Below, piece by piece: positions 56,307 to 64,000 of a DNA stretch of 64,000 bases. Numbering within the stretch: position 1 is the stretch's first letter; each line of letters opens with the position of its first letter. Made by a program: the position numbers and the translations under genes. This DNA comes from an uncultured Verrucomicrobiae bacterium (lineage in GTDB: Bacteria > Verrucomicrobiota > Verrucomicrobiia > Chthoniobacterales > JAFAMB01). Under the pieces are notes generated by a model. That model saw nothing but the letters and a program-made list of their open reading frames with translations, ran no database searches and was not told the origin of the DNA. Location: assembly GCA_963837955.1 (NCBI GenBank), contig CAWIPH010000002.1:2996487-3060486 (forward strand), given 5' to 3'.

Positions 56307-57584
56307 TCATTCGCGAACCTGGTCCGGCCGACGTTCTTTCCCATATTGAATAACAATCGTGGGCTGCACGGTCTCGTCATCATCGAAAAGCTTTTCACCT
56401 TTCTCTTCTGCCACGCGGCTAACAGTCTTAACGCTCTGGAGAGTTTTTGAACCGGGGACCGCCGGCACATCCTCGCGATAGTAGTCAAACCAGGGAAGGC
56501 CACGGTCATTATACTCCTTAGCCGAAATCGGCTTATACGGCGGCTTCGTGCCAGTGATCCGGCTCCACACTTGGGAATTGCAGAGGTGAACAAAACAGCG
56601 AGACGTGGTTTCCAGGTCCCAATCGGTTAGTGGCCGCAGATCCTTATAAACTTCGTGCTGCATCCTTCCCCCGGCACCAAGTCCCATCTCTGGTGCCGCA
56701 CAAGCGGGCGTGGGAACGATCGCGCGGGAACACCTGGTTATAATTCTCTCGTGAGGAATGATACTCGGCAAAAGCTGCAGGAGTGATTTAGGAAATCTCG
56801 GTTCGATTGTTTGCCGGAAATAAACCGATGCTTTCAAAGGAAAGGCTTGGAGTTGCAGCCCGCCATGCGGCTCTTCTCCGGTGATTTGCTCCTCCGCAGT
56901 ATAGCCTTCCCCTAGAGGCATGGCCACGAACTGGCGGATGAAGCCTTTTTCAACACAGTAACCATCAAGCCACGGCTGATCGGGGATAACTACATAATCC
57001 TGGGGATCTTGACTCAACCATGGGCGCCAAACCTTTCCCGAGACAGCGTTGATCTTGCCCGTACCCACCTTGAGTGCAACCGGAAAGCGGCTATGGAAAT
57101 TGAGCCATAGCGCCTCGGATTGATAGATCGGCATCATCACGCCACCGTGCCTCGACCAGTTCGCAGGGATCCGCTGAGCGTAATCGGCAACATGCTGCAG
57201 CGGGAAGCTGCCCAAACCTGGTGGAAGTGGATAGGTTTTCCCATCATCCGGAATGCGAAGCGTGCGCAGGAAGGAAATCGTCGCGCCTACCGTTGATTCT
57301 CCATCCCAATCAACCGGCAGAAAAGGAGAGATCGCGCTAGCGATCGCCTTCCAGATGGCTTCAGGAGGGAGAGCCAGAACCCCTTCGATGGTCGACTGTC
57401 TCTCGAATGCGTTCATATCGCGATACCCGAAATCCTCGGCAAACAAGCGAGTGACTGCTGCGCGTCGATCCTCTGCAATAATCCGACGAAAAACCTCCGT
57501 ATGTTTTGTCTGGACGAGTCGATCAAGTTCCCCAGCGTTGGCTTGAAAACTGAAATGAAGTTCGTTGTTCGTGAGAGTGACCAT
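56307..57584 (-). CDS. Conserved-looking soluble protein of unknown function (425 aa)
   Basis: It is a long, compositionally normal ORF with no TM segments and no recognised motifs. Examples of its sequence are PDDGKTYPLPPGLGSFPL, MPIYQSEALWLNF and GLPWFDYYRED. Confidence 0.6.
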   Translation of the reverse strand: MVTLTNNELHFSFQANAGELDRLVQTKHTEVFRRIIAEDRRAAVTRLFAEDFGYRDMNAFERQSTIEGVLALPPEAIWKAIASAISPFLPVDWDGESTVGATISFLRTLRIPDDGKTYPLPPGLGSFPLQHVADYAQRIPANWSRHGGVMMPIYQSEALWLNFHSRFPVALKVGTGKINAVSGKVWRPWLSQDPQDYVVIPDQPWLDGYCVEKGFIRQFVAMPLGEGYTAEEQITGEEPHGGLQLQAFPLKASVYFRQTIEPRFPKSLLQLLPSIIPHERIITRCSRAIVPTPACAAPEMGLGAGGRMQHEVYKDLRPLTDWDLETTSRCFVHLCNSQVWSRITGTKPPYKPISAKEYNDRGLPWFDYYREDVPAVPGSKTLQSVKTVSRVAEEKGEKLFDDDETVQPTIVIQYGKERRPDQVRE

Positions 57585-57850
57585 AATAGTTCCTTACCGA
57601 ATACTCCTGAGTTGTGACGCAAATTGTCCTCTATGTTGCGTTCTCTTCCTCTGGGCCAGTCTTCGGCGTTGGTAACAACAAACACAGAGCCCTGATCAGC
57701 TGCTGAATAACTCCTAAGTTTATAGCCACTCCTAACCTCTAGCGGCGCGCTTTGTGAAACCTGGTAATCAGGCAGGTTGTGAGCACCGTTAGTAAAACTC
57801 GGTCAAAGCCTGTAGGACCTCGCGAGGAGATAAACAGATCGGTAAACTCG

Positions 57851-59434
57851 TTATTCTACTCCGGGCGCATGCAGCCTCGCTTCGGCATGATCGAGGTCGC
57901 TCTGAATGCGGCGTAAAACTTCGTCATTGATCACATATTCATCGCGCAATTGAATAATGGTCCGGCGTTCTACATCGAGCGCGTCTTGCTGCAAGCGTTG
58001 GTAGGAGGGCGCGATCAATCCATCAGAGCCGTCTCCGCCAGTACTCGCGTATACTTCTAACTGCCGAATGCGGTCATCGTATTCAGCGCGGAGGCGCTCC
58101 ACGATGTCCGGCGGGAACTGGCTATCGACTTCCGCAAGGTAAGCCAGCGCTGCTTCATTCGCTTTCAGCCGCGCCGTCCTTTCTTCCACCTTTGCGAGCC
58201 CATCATCTACCACTCCAAGGCGGCGGATCACCGCGGGCAAACTCAGACCTTGGAGCACGAGCGTCGCGAGAATCACGCAAAAGGTGATGAACAAAATGTA
58301 GTCGCGTCCAGGGAACGGGCTGCCGTCCGAAAGCGTCAGCGGTATCGCGAGCGCAGCTGCGAGCGACACAACACCGCGCATCCCTGTCCAGGCAACAATC
58401 GCCAGGTTCTGCCACGCCGGATATGGATCTCTTTTGCACAAAGAAATGCTTATCAGACGCAACACGTTGGTTGATGCAAAGACCCAAGCGATGCGCACGA
58501 CGATGGTGGTGCAGCTTATCAGCGCGCCGTGCCAAAAAAGCTGTCTTAGAGAGCGGCCGGAGAACGAATGAAGAAGGCGCGGCAGTTGCAGACCGATCAG
58601 GACAAAGACCAGACCATTCAACAGGAATACCATCATCTCCCAAAACACGTATAAGTTGAGCCGCGTTCGGTAGGTGAGGATCTGCGGCGTACGCCAGCCG
58701 AGAAACAGCCCGGACGCGACCACTGCCAGTACGCCGGAGACATGCAAACGCTCGGCCGGAATGTAAGCGGCAAACGGCGTGAGGAGCGAAATTGTGATTT
58801 GAACGGGCGGATCGTCGAGACGGCGCTGAAGTTGGGAAGCGAGCCAACCGACAGCCAGCCCAATTCCCGTGCCGCCAAGGGCAGCTAAAACAAAGCGGAG
58901 GCTTGCTTCAGAGAGTGAGAACGTTCCGCTCATCATCGCCGCAATTGCGAAGCGGTAGGCGACGAGCGCCGTCGCGTCGTTGACGAGACTCTCGCCCTCT
59001 AAAATGGTAACGATTCTTCGTGGTATGCGCAGACGTTTCGCGATCGCGGTCGCTGCAACCGCATCCGTAGGCGAAATAATTGCGCCGAGAATAAATGCAT
59101 TCGCCCAGGGCAAACCAGTCAACGCGTGCGCGACAACGGCCACGAACGCGGTTGTTAACAAGACAAGCCCTATCGCGAGCAACAAGATGGGGCTCAGGTT
59201 CGTGCGAAAATCTCGCCAAGAAGTAAAGAGCGCCGCCGGATAGAGCAACGGGGGCAACAAAAACAAAAACACCATGTCCGGCTCTAGCCTTACCCCTGGC
59301 AAGCCAGGAACAAACCCAAGAGCTAGTCCGCCGATCACCAGCAACACCGGGTAAGGCAACGCCACTTTTTTGGCGAAGATTGGCAGCGCCGCAACGACAA
59401 TCAGAAGCGTGCAGATAATCTCAGCTTGGTTCAT
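57851..59434 (-). CDS. Na+/H+ antiporter (CPA1/NhaP-type) with a cytoplasmic C-terminal domain
   Basis: The ATG at 59434 gives MNQAEIICTLLIVVAALPIFAKKVALPYPVLLVIGGLALGF. It has about 12 TM segments, with AIISPTDAVA in a conserved TM. The soluble tail is about 130 aa. Confidence 0.85.
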   Translation of the reverse strand: MNQAEIICTLLIVVAALPIFAKKVALPYPVLLVIGGLALGFVPGLPGVRLEPDMVFLFLLPPLLYPAALFTSWRDFRTNLSPILLLAIGLVLLTTAFVAVVAHALTGLPWANAFILGAIISPTDAVAATAIAKRLRIPRRIVTILEGESLVNDATALVAYRFAIAAMMSGTFSLSEASLRFVLAALGGTGIGLAVGWLASQLQRRLDDPPVQITISLLTPFAAYIPAERLHVSGVLAVVASGLFLGWRTPQILTYRTRLNLYVFWEMMVFLLNGLVFVLIGLQLPRLLHSFSGRSLRQLFWHGALISCTTIVVRIAWVFASTNVLRLISISLCKRDPYPAWQNLAIVAWTGMRGVVSLAAALAIPLTLSDGSPFPGRDYILFITFCVILATLVLQGLSLPAVIRRLGVVDDGLAKVEERTARLKANEAALAYLAEVDSQFPPDIVERLRAEYDDRIRQLEVYASTGGDGSDGLIAPSYQRLQQDALDVERRTIIQLRDEYVINDEVLRRIQSDLDHAEARLHAPGVE

Positions 59435-59913
59435 AAGCCTTTTACGCAATGGCGCGGGCTGACGCCAACCCAATTCACTTCGCTCCCGTTGTCACTTCCA
59501 CTTTTACGACGTCTGGTATCCTAAGACTATGGGTAAAGAACTAATTCAACCCACTGCCGTCGCGCTTCAATTTGAATGGCGTCATTCATTGGAAGCCTAT
59601 TCACCGGGCATTGGCCTACACGCCAAAAATGGCGGACAGCCGTCATGAAACACATAAAGCCACTTTCGGTCTGCTGGCTAATCGCTGAAAGGCTTGCGAG
59701 AAACGCAAATCCCCCAAAGAGAAATGGAGGCAGGATCCTGGTAATTATGCCGGCACTCATATTAACCATTCTTACTTTAACGTTCGCTCTGTGACAGAAA
59801 AGCGTACTCAGCTCCCGCCGGACGATCAGCATAGATCAAGGACTTTTGTAGATATCTTGTCACAAGCTCTCGTCATCGATTAAGACTAAGAACAACAATT
59901 CACTGGTTATCAT

Positions 59914-60393
59914 ATGATGCTTGCCGATATGGCTTCACCTTTTTACGTCACGTCACCATTGCTCTTCGCTTGGTCGGCAGCCAGCTTTTGCGTTATCGTT
60001 CTGATCGAAAGCGTCCTTCTACGCTTGTTTCGCTGGGGAAAAATCGTCCCTGTCCTACTAACCGGCTTCTTCATTAACCTGGTCACCTCACTCATAGGAA
60101 CCGGATTCATCGTCGTATTCCCAGATTTGGCGAAACGGCTTCCCTTTGCAGTTTGGTTTGCTGCAGCTTTCATCCTTACTGTGGCCATAGAGGGAGTTCT
60201 TCTGAAAGCAGCTAAGCGTTCCACTGGATTTGGTCGCGCCATGCTTCTGTCTGGAGTCATCAATCTGGCCTCCTATTTCTTTCTTTGGTCAATGATGATG
60301 ACATTCCTCAATCCACCAACGGAGATTGAATATCGATTTAATCACCCGCGGTTTTCTACCCCAAGCCCAGGTGTGTCTCCTGCTCGCCAATGA
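59914..60393 (+). CDS. Four-TM membrane protein (hypothetical)
   Basis: The hydrophobic profile supports a membrane protein. Its stop overlaps the start of the next gene (ATGA at 60390-60393). Confidence 0.45.
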   Translation: MMLADMASPFYVTSPLLFAWSAASFCVIVLIESVLLRLFRWGKIVPVLLTGFFINLVTSLIGTGFIVVFPDLAKRLPFAVWFAAAFILTVAIEGVLLKAAKRSTGFGRAMLLSGVINLASYFFLWSMMMTFLNPPTEIEYRFNHPRFSTPSPGVSPARQ

Positions 60394-61454
60394 ATAATTT
60401 TGGTTTTTCGGCCTCACTCCGGCTTCCCTTAGTTCTAGGACTCGCCCACGGCGTTGCCGACGGTTCGGCTGGACTATTGCTTGGCCATCTGCCCGCTGCT
60501 TGTCCGGGGCTGCAGGTAGCTTTACTCATCTTCATTTATAACGCGCTCGCTTTCGGCGCTCAGCCGCTGGTTGGTTGGTTTGCCGACAAATTGGATCGCT
60601 GTCGGGCAACCGCTATAGCCGGCCTCTGCTTACTCGCCTTGTCCCTGCTGCCAATGCCAATCGGGGGTTTTGCGTTGCCCGTTCTTTTGGCCGGAATCGG
60701 TTCAGCTGCTTTCCACGTTGGTGCTGGCGCTCTCACTTTAAGGTCATGCGGCGGCCGCTCGGATGGAGCTGGCCTATTCGCAGCACCCGGGGTTGTTGGT
60801 CTGGCCATCGGAGGCGCACTGGCCGTAAGCAACTGGTATCCCTATTTCCTATTTCAGATCGGACTAATCGTTGTTCTTTTCGTGATCGCGCTTTGGCCCA
60901 ATCAAACCCAAGTTCCGCTCAAGCTCACCAGGCAACAGCAGCCGATATTTGAATCGCATGACTGGATCATGATTGGTCTATTGACTGCGGTATCGCTTCG
61001 ATCACTGATCTGGAGCACGCTCCAGTTAGCGTCCGGCGGCCATATTGGCGCATTAGTAGCGCTGGGAGTCGCCGCCGGAATTGGCAAAATTATCGGGGGC
61101 TTTCTAGCTGAGCGAGTCGGCTACCGCCGATGGACGTTTCTTGCGCTGGCTATCGCCGCGCCTCTCCTCGCCTTCGGTGGGAAACGGCTCGGGTATTTGT
61201 TACCCGGGGTTGCTTTGCTGCAATCTACGATTCCATGTTCCATCGCGGCGATGGCCCGCTTACTTCCGACTCGCCCAGCGACCGCAACCGGCCTTGTACT
61301 TGGGCTGGCAGTAGCCCTGGGAGGTTTGCCGGCAATGTTCGCGATCCCGGTTCCGGTGCTTACTCCAATCTTAGCTTTGGTCATCATCCTCGCAGCAGCC
61401 GCCGGATTCTGGTACACGATCAGTCCACGCTCGATCTCATCGGTCGGCGCGTAA
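60390..61454 (+). CDS. Polytopic membrane protein (about 10 TM, hypothetical; a weak MFS-like GWFADKLDR motif)
   Basis: The profile is continuously hydrophobic and the gene is translationally coupled to the preceding ORF. No family was recognised. Confidence 0.55.
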   Translation: MNNFGFSASLRLPLVLGLAHGVADGSAGLLLGHLPAACPGLQVALLIFIYNALAFGAQPLVGWFADKLDRCRATAIAGLCLLALSLLPMPIGGFALPVLLAGIGSAAFHVGAGALTLRSCGGRSDGAGLFAAPGVVGLAIGGALAVSNWYPYFLFQIGLIVVLFVIALWPNQTQVPLKLTRQQQPIFESHDWIMIGLLTAVSLRSLIWSTLQLASGGHIGALVALGVAAGIGKIIGGFLAERVGYRRWTFLALAIAAPLLAFGGKRLGYLLPGVALLQSTIPCSIAAMARLLPTRPATATGLVLGLAVALGGLPAMFAIPVPVLTPILALVIILAAAAGFWYTISPRSISSVGA

Positions 61455-61705
61455 GCGCGAGCTAGTTAAACACGACTCGCCCAATTGAGGCTTTTCCCAG
61501 CGCGGGTCTTCAATAGTGCGACTCGTTGGTCGCCCAAGTCCTAACGCTAGCCCCATGCGAACCGGCGAGGTCCAATCAGTGCTCGCACCCCGGATCGGGA
61601 ATCTATCGGACCGGTTAGACAGCTAACGGCCATTACTGTGAAGATCCCTTCTAACGCGTCAATTCTTCCGTCACATCAGTAGGGCTGTTCCTCAAGAGCT
61701 AACAG

Positions 61706-61879
61706 ATGAAAAATGACATTCGCAGACTGCTGTATACGACTATTTGGATTGGGATATTGATAGTCGTCTTCTTATGCCTAGGTCTCTCCAACCGGGCAAC
61801 GGGTACGTTTATCGGCCTGCTCATCGGCCTCCCTCTCGCGGCCTTCGTCCTGTTCCTCAAAAGCATTCTGAAACGATGA
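61706..61879 (+). CDS. 57-aa two-TM micro-protein (hypothetical, below the ORF-track cutoff)
   Basis: Hand translation gives MKNDIRRLLYTTIWIGILIVVFLCLGLSNRATGTFIGLLIGLPLAAFVLFLKSILKR*. It runs from ATG 61706 to TGA 61877-61879. Confidence 0.3.
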   Translation: MKNDIRRLLYTTIWIGILIVVFLCLGLSNRATGTFIGLLIGLPLAAFVLFLKSILKR

Positions 61880-61931
61880 ATGTGGCAAGTGCTTTGTCAC
61901 ATGCGTTGCCCTGTTTCTTAAGAGTTGAAGT

Positions 61932-62177
61932 ATGAATAACGAAACAGAAAGAACGGCAGACGAACATGTTTTCAAGTTGCAGAAAAAGGCTAACCGCGAG
62001 GTCGCCAGAAAGAATATGGTGTTCGGGGCAATCTGGTGCATCGGTGGGACTCTGGTCACAGCCTTAACGTATCAGGCAGCTTCCGGAGGCGGGCACTACA
62101 TCATTGCTGGGGGAGCGATTATATTCGGCGGATTCCAGTTTCTGCGAGGATTAGTCCAATTGGCAGGGAACCTCTAA
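61932..62177 (+). CDS. 81-aa two-TM small membrane protein (hypothetical)
   Basis: It has a charged N-terminus followed by MVFGAIWCIGGTLVTALTY and HYIIAGGAIIFGGFQFL. Confidence 0.4.
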   Translation: MNNETERTADEHVFKLQKKANREVARKNMVFGAIWCIGGTLVTALTYQAASGGGHYIIAGGAIIFGGFQFLRGLVQLAGNL

Positions 62178-62353
62178 GAAGTAGCAAAGTAGCCTGATCC
62201 TCCCGGCTCAGGGACCCAAGGCGTAGTGCACAAGGTCATAGATTTTTCTCTGGCTCGCCGTGTGTCGCTCGACCATCCGGCCGTAGAATTTTATGCAAGT
62301 AAGGGAATGGAGTTTGCGCCCCAGGAACTAAATCCTGGGGCACTCCTTCAAAA

Positions 62354-62599
62354 CTACCCTTTCGGCCAGGGCTCCCAAAACTCCACCCATTCGCGCTGCG
62401 TTTGCGGCAGCTGGTGCCGCTCGATAAACTGCATGCGGCACTGGCACCGGACCGACACCAGGCACTGGTGGAAGGTATGGTCGGCAATCCAGATCTCCGA
62501 CCCGCAGGTTCCGCACCAGAAGCCGATCGCGCGGTAGCGGCGGAGTTGGCCGAACAGTTCGGCCAAACGGTCTTTCATTTCTCTTTCTTTGATTTGCAT
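62354..62599 (-). CDS. 81-aa Cys-rich (zinc-ribbon-like) protein (hypothetical)
   Basis: It contains the cysteine pattern WCGTCGS...HQC....C.C. It is the most protein-like of several overlapping ORFs in 62226-62761. Confidence 0.35.
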   Translation of the reverse strand: MQIKEREMKDRLAELFGQLRRYRAIGFWCGTCGSEIWIADHTFHQCLVSVRCQCRMQFIERHQLPQTQREWVEFWEPWPKG

Positions 62600-63148
62600 G
62601 TTTTTCCTTTTGTTTTCCCGGTTGGGCAGAACTCACCTGTGGCGAGTCGCCAACCGGGTATCAGGGCATGCGGAAAAGAGAATCAGGGCACGGTAGTCGA
62701 TCTCACGAAAGCCGTTCTCGGTCAGATTGCGAACGGTAATTCAATTCATCAGAGCTATTGAGATATCCGGATCAATTGTGACCCAAAAAGTCGCCTCACG
62801 ATTTGGGCACGCCAGCCCCCTCACCCGCCAGCCAAACATTCTATTCGCGGAGTATAAATAAAAACTATCTGCATCTTAGTCCCTCGGGGCAATGAAGCTC
62901 TTTCTGTCACAACGAACAAGCGAGGCTCAAGTAGTACATGCAACCTTGGCTAATCATCGAACTCCGATCGCAAGTACCTGCAGCGAACATCGTCCACAAC
63001 ATCAAAGAGATTCCTCGGAAGCGTATGGAATTTATCAAAAGAATACGAGCCATCCTGAGCATCAGGACTGATGACGCGATTGCCTTTTACGGTTCGTCAG
63101 GACGGGAATTGAACTGAACAGACTCAAGAAAAGGTAATAACGGCCGCC

Positions 63149-64000
63149 ATGCCCCCGCCCGATACAATCTCTCCTGAGCACCGGCTTGCTTTGCCAGTCG
63201 GGTTCCAGCTTGAGGAATATCGAATCGTCAAGGTGCTGGGCCAAGGCGGATTTGGCATTACTTATTTAGCAGAAGACACCCGCATGAATCATCAGGTGGC
63301 AATTAAAGAGTTGTTGCCCACTGATTTTGCCACTCGCAGCCAGGATTACACGGTTGTTCCGCTTACGCAATCCGACGAGCCAGACCTCGCTTGGGCCAAA
63401 CAGCGCTTCATCGACGAAGCGCGCATTTTGGTGAGGTTGAACCATCCGAACATCGTCAGGTTTTTCCGCTATTTCGAACTCAATAGCACTGCCTACCTGG
63501 TGATGGAGTTTGTGCGCGGGCAGAACTTCAAAGGCTGGATGCAAAGCGCATCGGCAACCGCGCGAACAGGAGCTAAAAGCTCTGCTATTGCCGTTGCTCG
63601 ATGGTCTGGAATACGTGCATCAACAGCCTCTGCTGCATCGGGATATCAGTCCGGAAAATGTGATGATCACTGAAGCAGGGCGTCCGATGCTTCTGGATTT
63701 CGGCAGCGCGCGGGCGGCTCTGGGAAACAACCCAAAAACGGAAGTTGTCCGGCGCGGCTTTTCTCCCATCGAGCAATACCAAAGAAATAGCCCACAAGGA
63801 CCATACACCGACCTCTACGCGCTTGCTGGGATCATGATCCAGGCCATCACCGGAGAAGCGCCTCCTCAATCAATCGATCGCTTCGGCAATCGCGATCCCT
63901 ATGAACCTTTAACCCGGCGCTACGCTGGAAAGTACTCCCAGAGCTTTCTCCGGGCTTTGGACGCAGCCTTCGCCGCCTGGCCGGAAAAGAGGCCTCAGAG
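63149..64000 (+). pseudogene. Hanks-type Ser/Thr protein kinase, split by a +1 frameshift near 63545-63560; 3' end runs off the window
   Basis: Frame 1 carries the G-loop GQGGFGITY, VAIKEL and LVMEFVRGQNF. The +1 frame from ~63552 to 64000 has no stop. It encodes REQELKALLLPLLDGLEYVHQQPLLHRDISPENVMI..LLDFGSAR...GFSPIEQY...DLYALAGIM, i.e. the catalytic loop, DFG and the activation segment. Confidence 0.8.

Noticed and set aside
59527-59832. 101-aa ORF (and its antisense partner 59576..59794) in the 440-nt gap between the antiporter and the membrane-protein genes
   Set aside because: It has one hydrophobic stretch but no RBS or motif. The two overlapping ORFs are equally unconvincing. The region is left unannotated, though a small membrane protein cannot be excluded.
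62226-62761. Four mutually overlapping ORFs (62226..62537 +, 62236..62487 -, 62328..62636 -, 62402..62761 +)
   Set aside because: Only the Cys-rich 62354..62599 minus-strand ORF looks protein-like, and even that is low confidence. The others are Arg/Pro/Ala-rich shadow frames.
1-64000. Search for CRISPR arrays, rRNA genes, retron/DGR-like repeats and toxin-antitoxin or defence gene pairs
   Set aside because: There are no regularly spaced direct repeats. The only tandem repeat is the 18-nt coding repeat at 7806-7859. No rRNA-like conserved blocks, reverse-transcriptase motifs or recognisable defence or TA modules were seen. The Ser/Thr kinase at the right edge has no visible partner genes within the window.

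Overview
All calls below come from reading the supplied translations and the DNA by eye. No database or HMM search was possible. The window looks like bacterial chromosomal DNA of roughly 50-55 % GC. The taxon cannot be determined from the sequence, although PEP-CTERM proteins point to an environmental Gram-negative lineage.

The left two thirds (1-40.3 kb) form one large accessory region.
- It starts with the terminal module of an NRPS (A-T-TE, cut by the window edge) that is translationally coupled to a GT2 glycosyltransferase.
- A glycan assembly and export locus of about 25 kb follows. It carries a Wza-like exporter, a Wzc-like co-polymerase/tyrosine kinase, a beta-barrel outer-membrane protein, a polyprenyl-phosphate sugar transferase, about 11 glycosyltransferases and a Wzy-like polymerase. 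It also carries a CE4 deacetylase, two hexapeptide acetyltransferases and a Wzm/Wzt ABC exporter whose permease gene is frameshifted.
- On the same strand, and again translationally coupled, sits a block made of a PPTase, a carbamoyltransferase, a stand-alone A-T loader and a 2110-aa type I PKS (KS-AT-KR-DH-CP-TE). The block ends in a truncated second copy of the PPTase gene.

Next comes a PEP-CTERM protein flanked by two diverged paralogues of an uncharacterised secreted protein. After it lie an Fsr-like MFS transporter, a lipoprotein and an MDR oxidoreductase.

An IS1182/IS5-like insertion sequence sits next to a palindromic repeat and abuts the stop codon of an ECF-type sigma factor gene. 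The rest is housekeeping-like:
- a MerR regulator with a frameshifted divergent partner gene;
- a SorC-type regulator with a glpF-glpK-glpD glycerol operon;
- a 425-aa protein of unknown function and a CPA1 Na+/H+ antiporter;
- several small membrane proteins and a frameshifted Ser/Thr kinase running off the right edge.

No rRNA, tRNA or CRISPR array was recognised. The most interesting signal is the physical and translational fusion of NRPS/PKS genes with glycan assembly genes, which suggests a glyco-lipo-peptide product. Supporting oddities are a Cys-type NRPS thioesterase, a non-canonical PKS domain order and the PPTase duplication scar.
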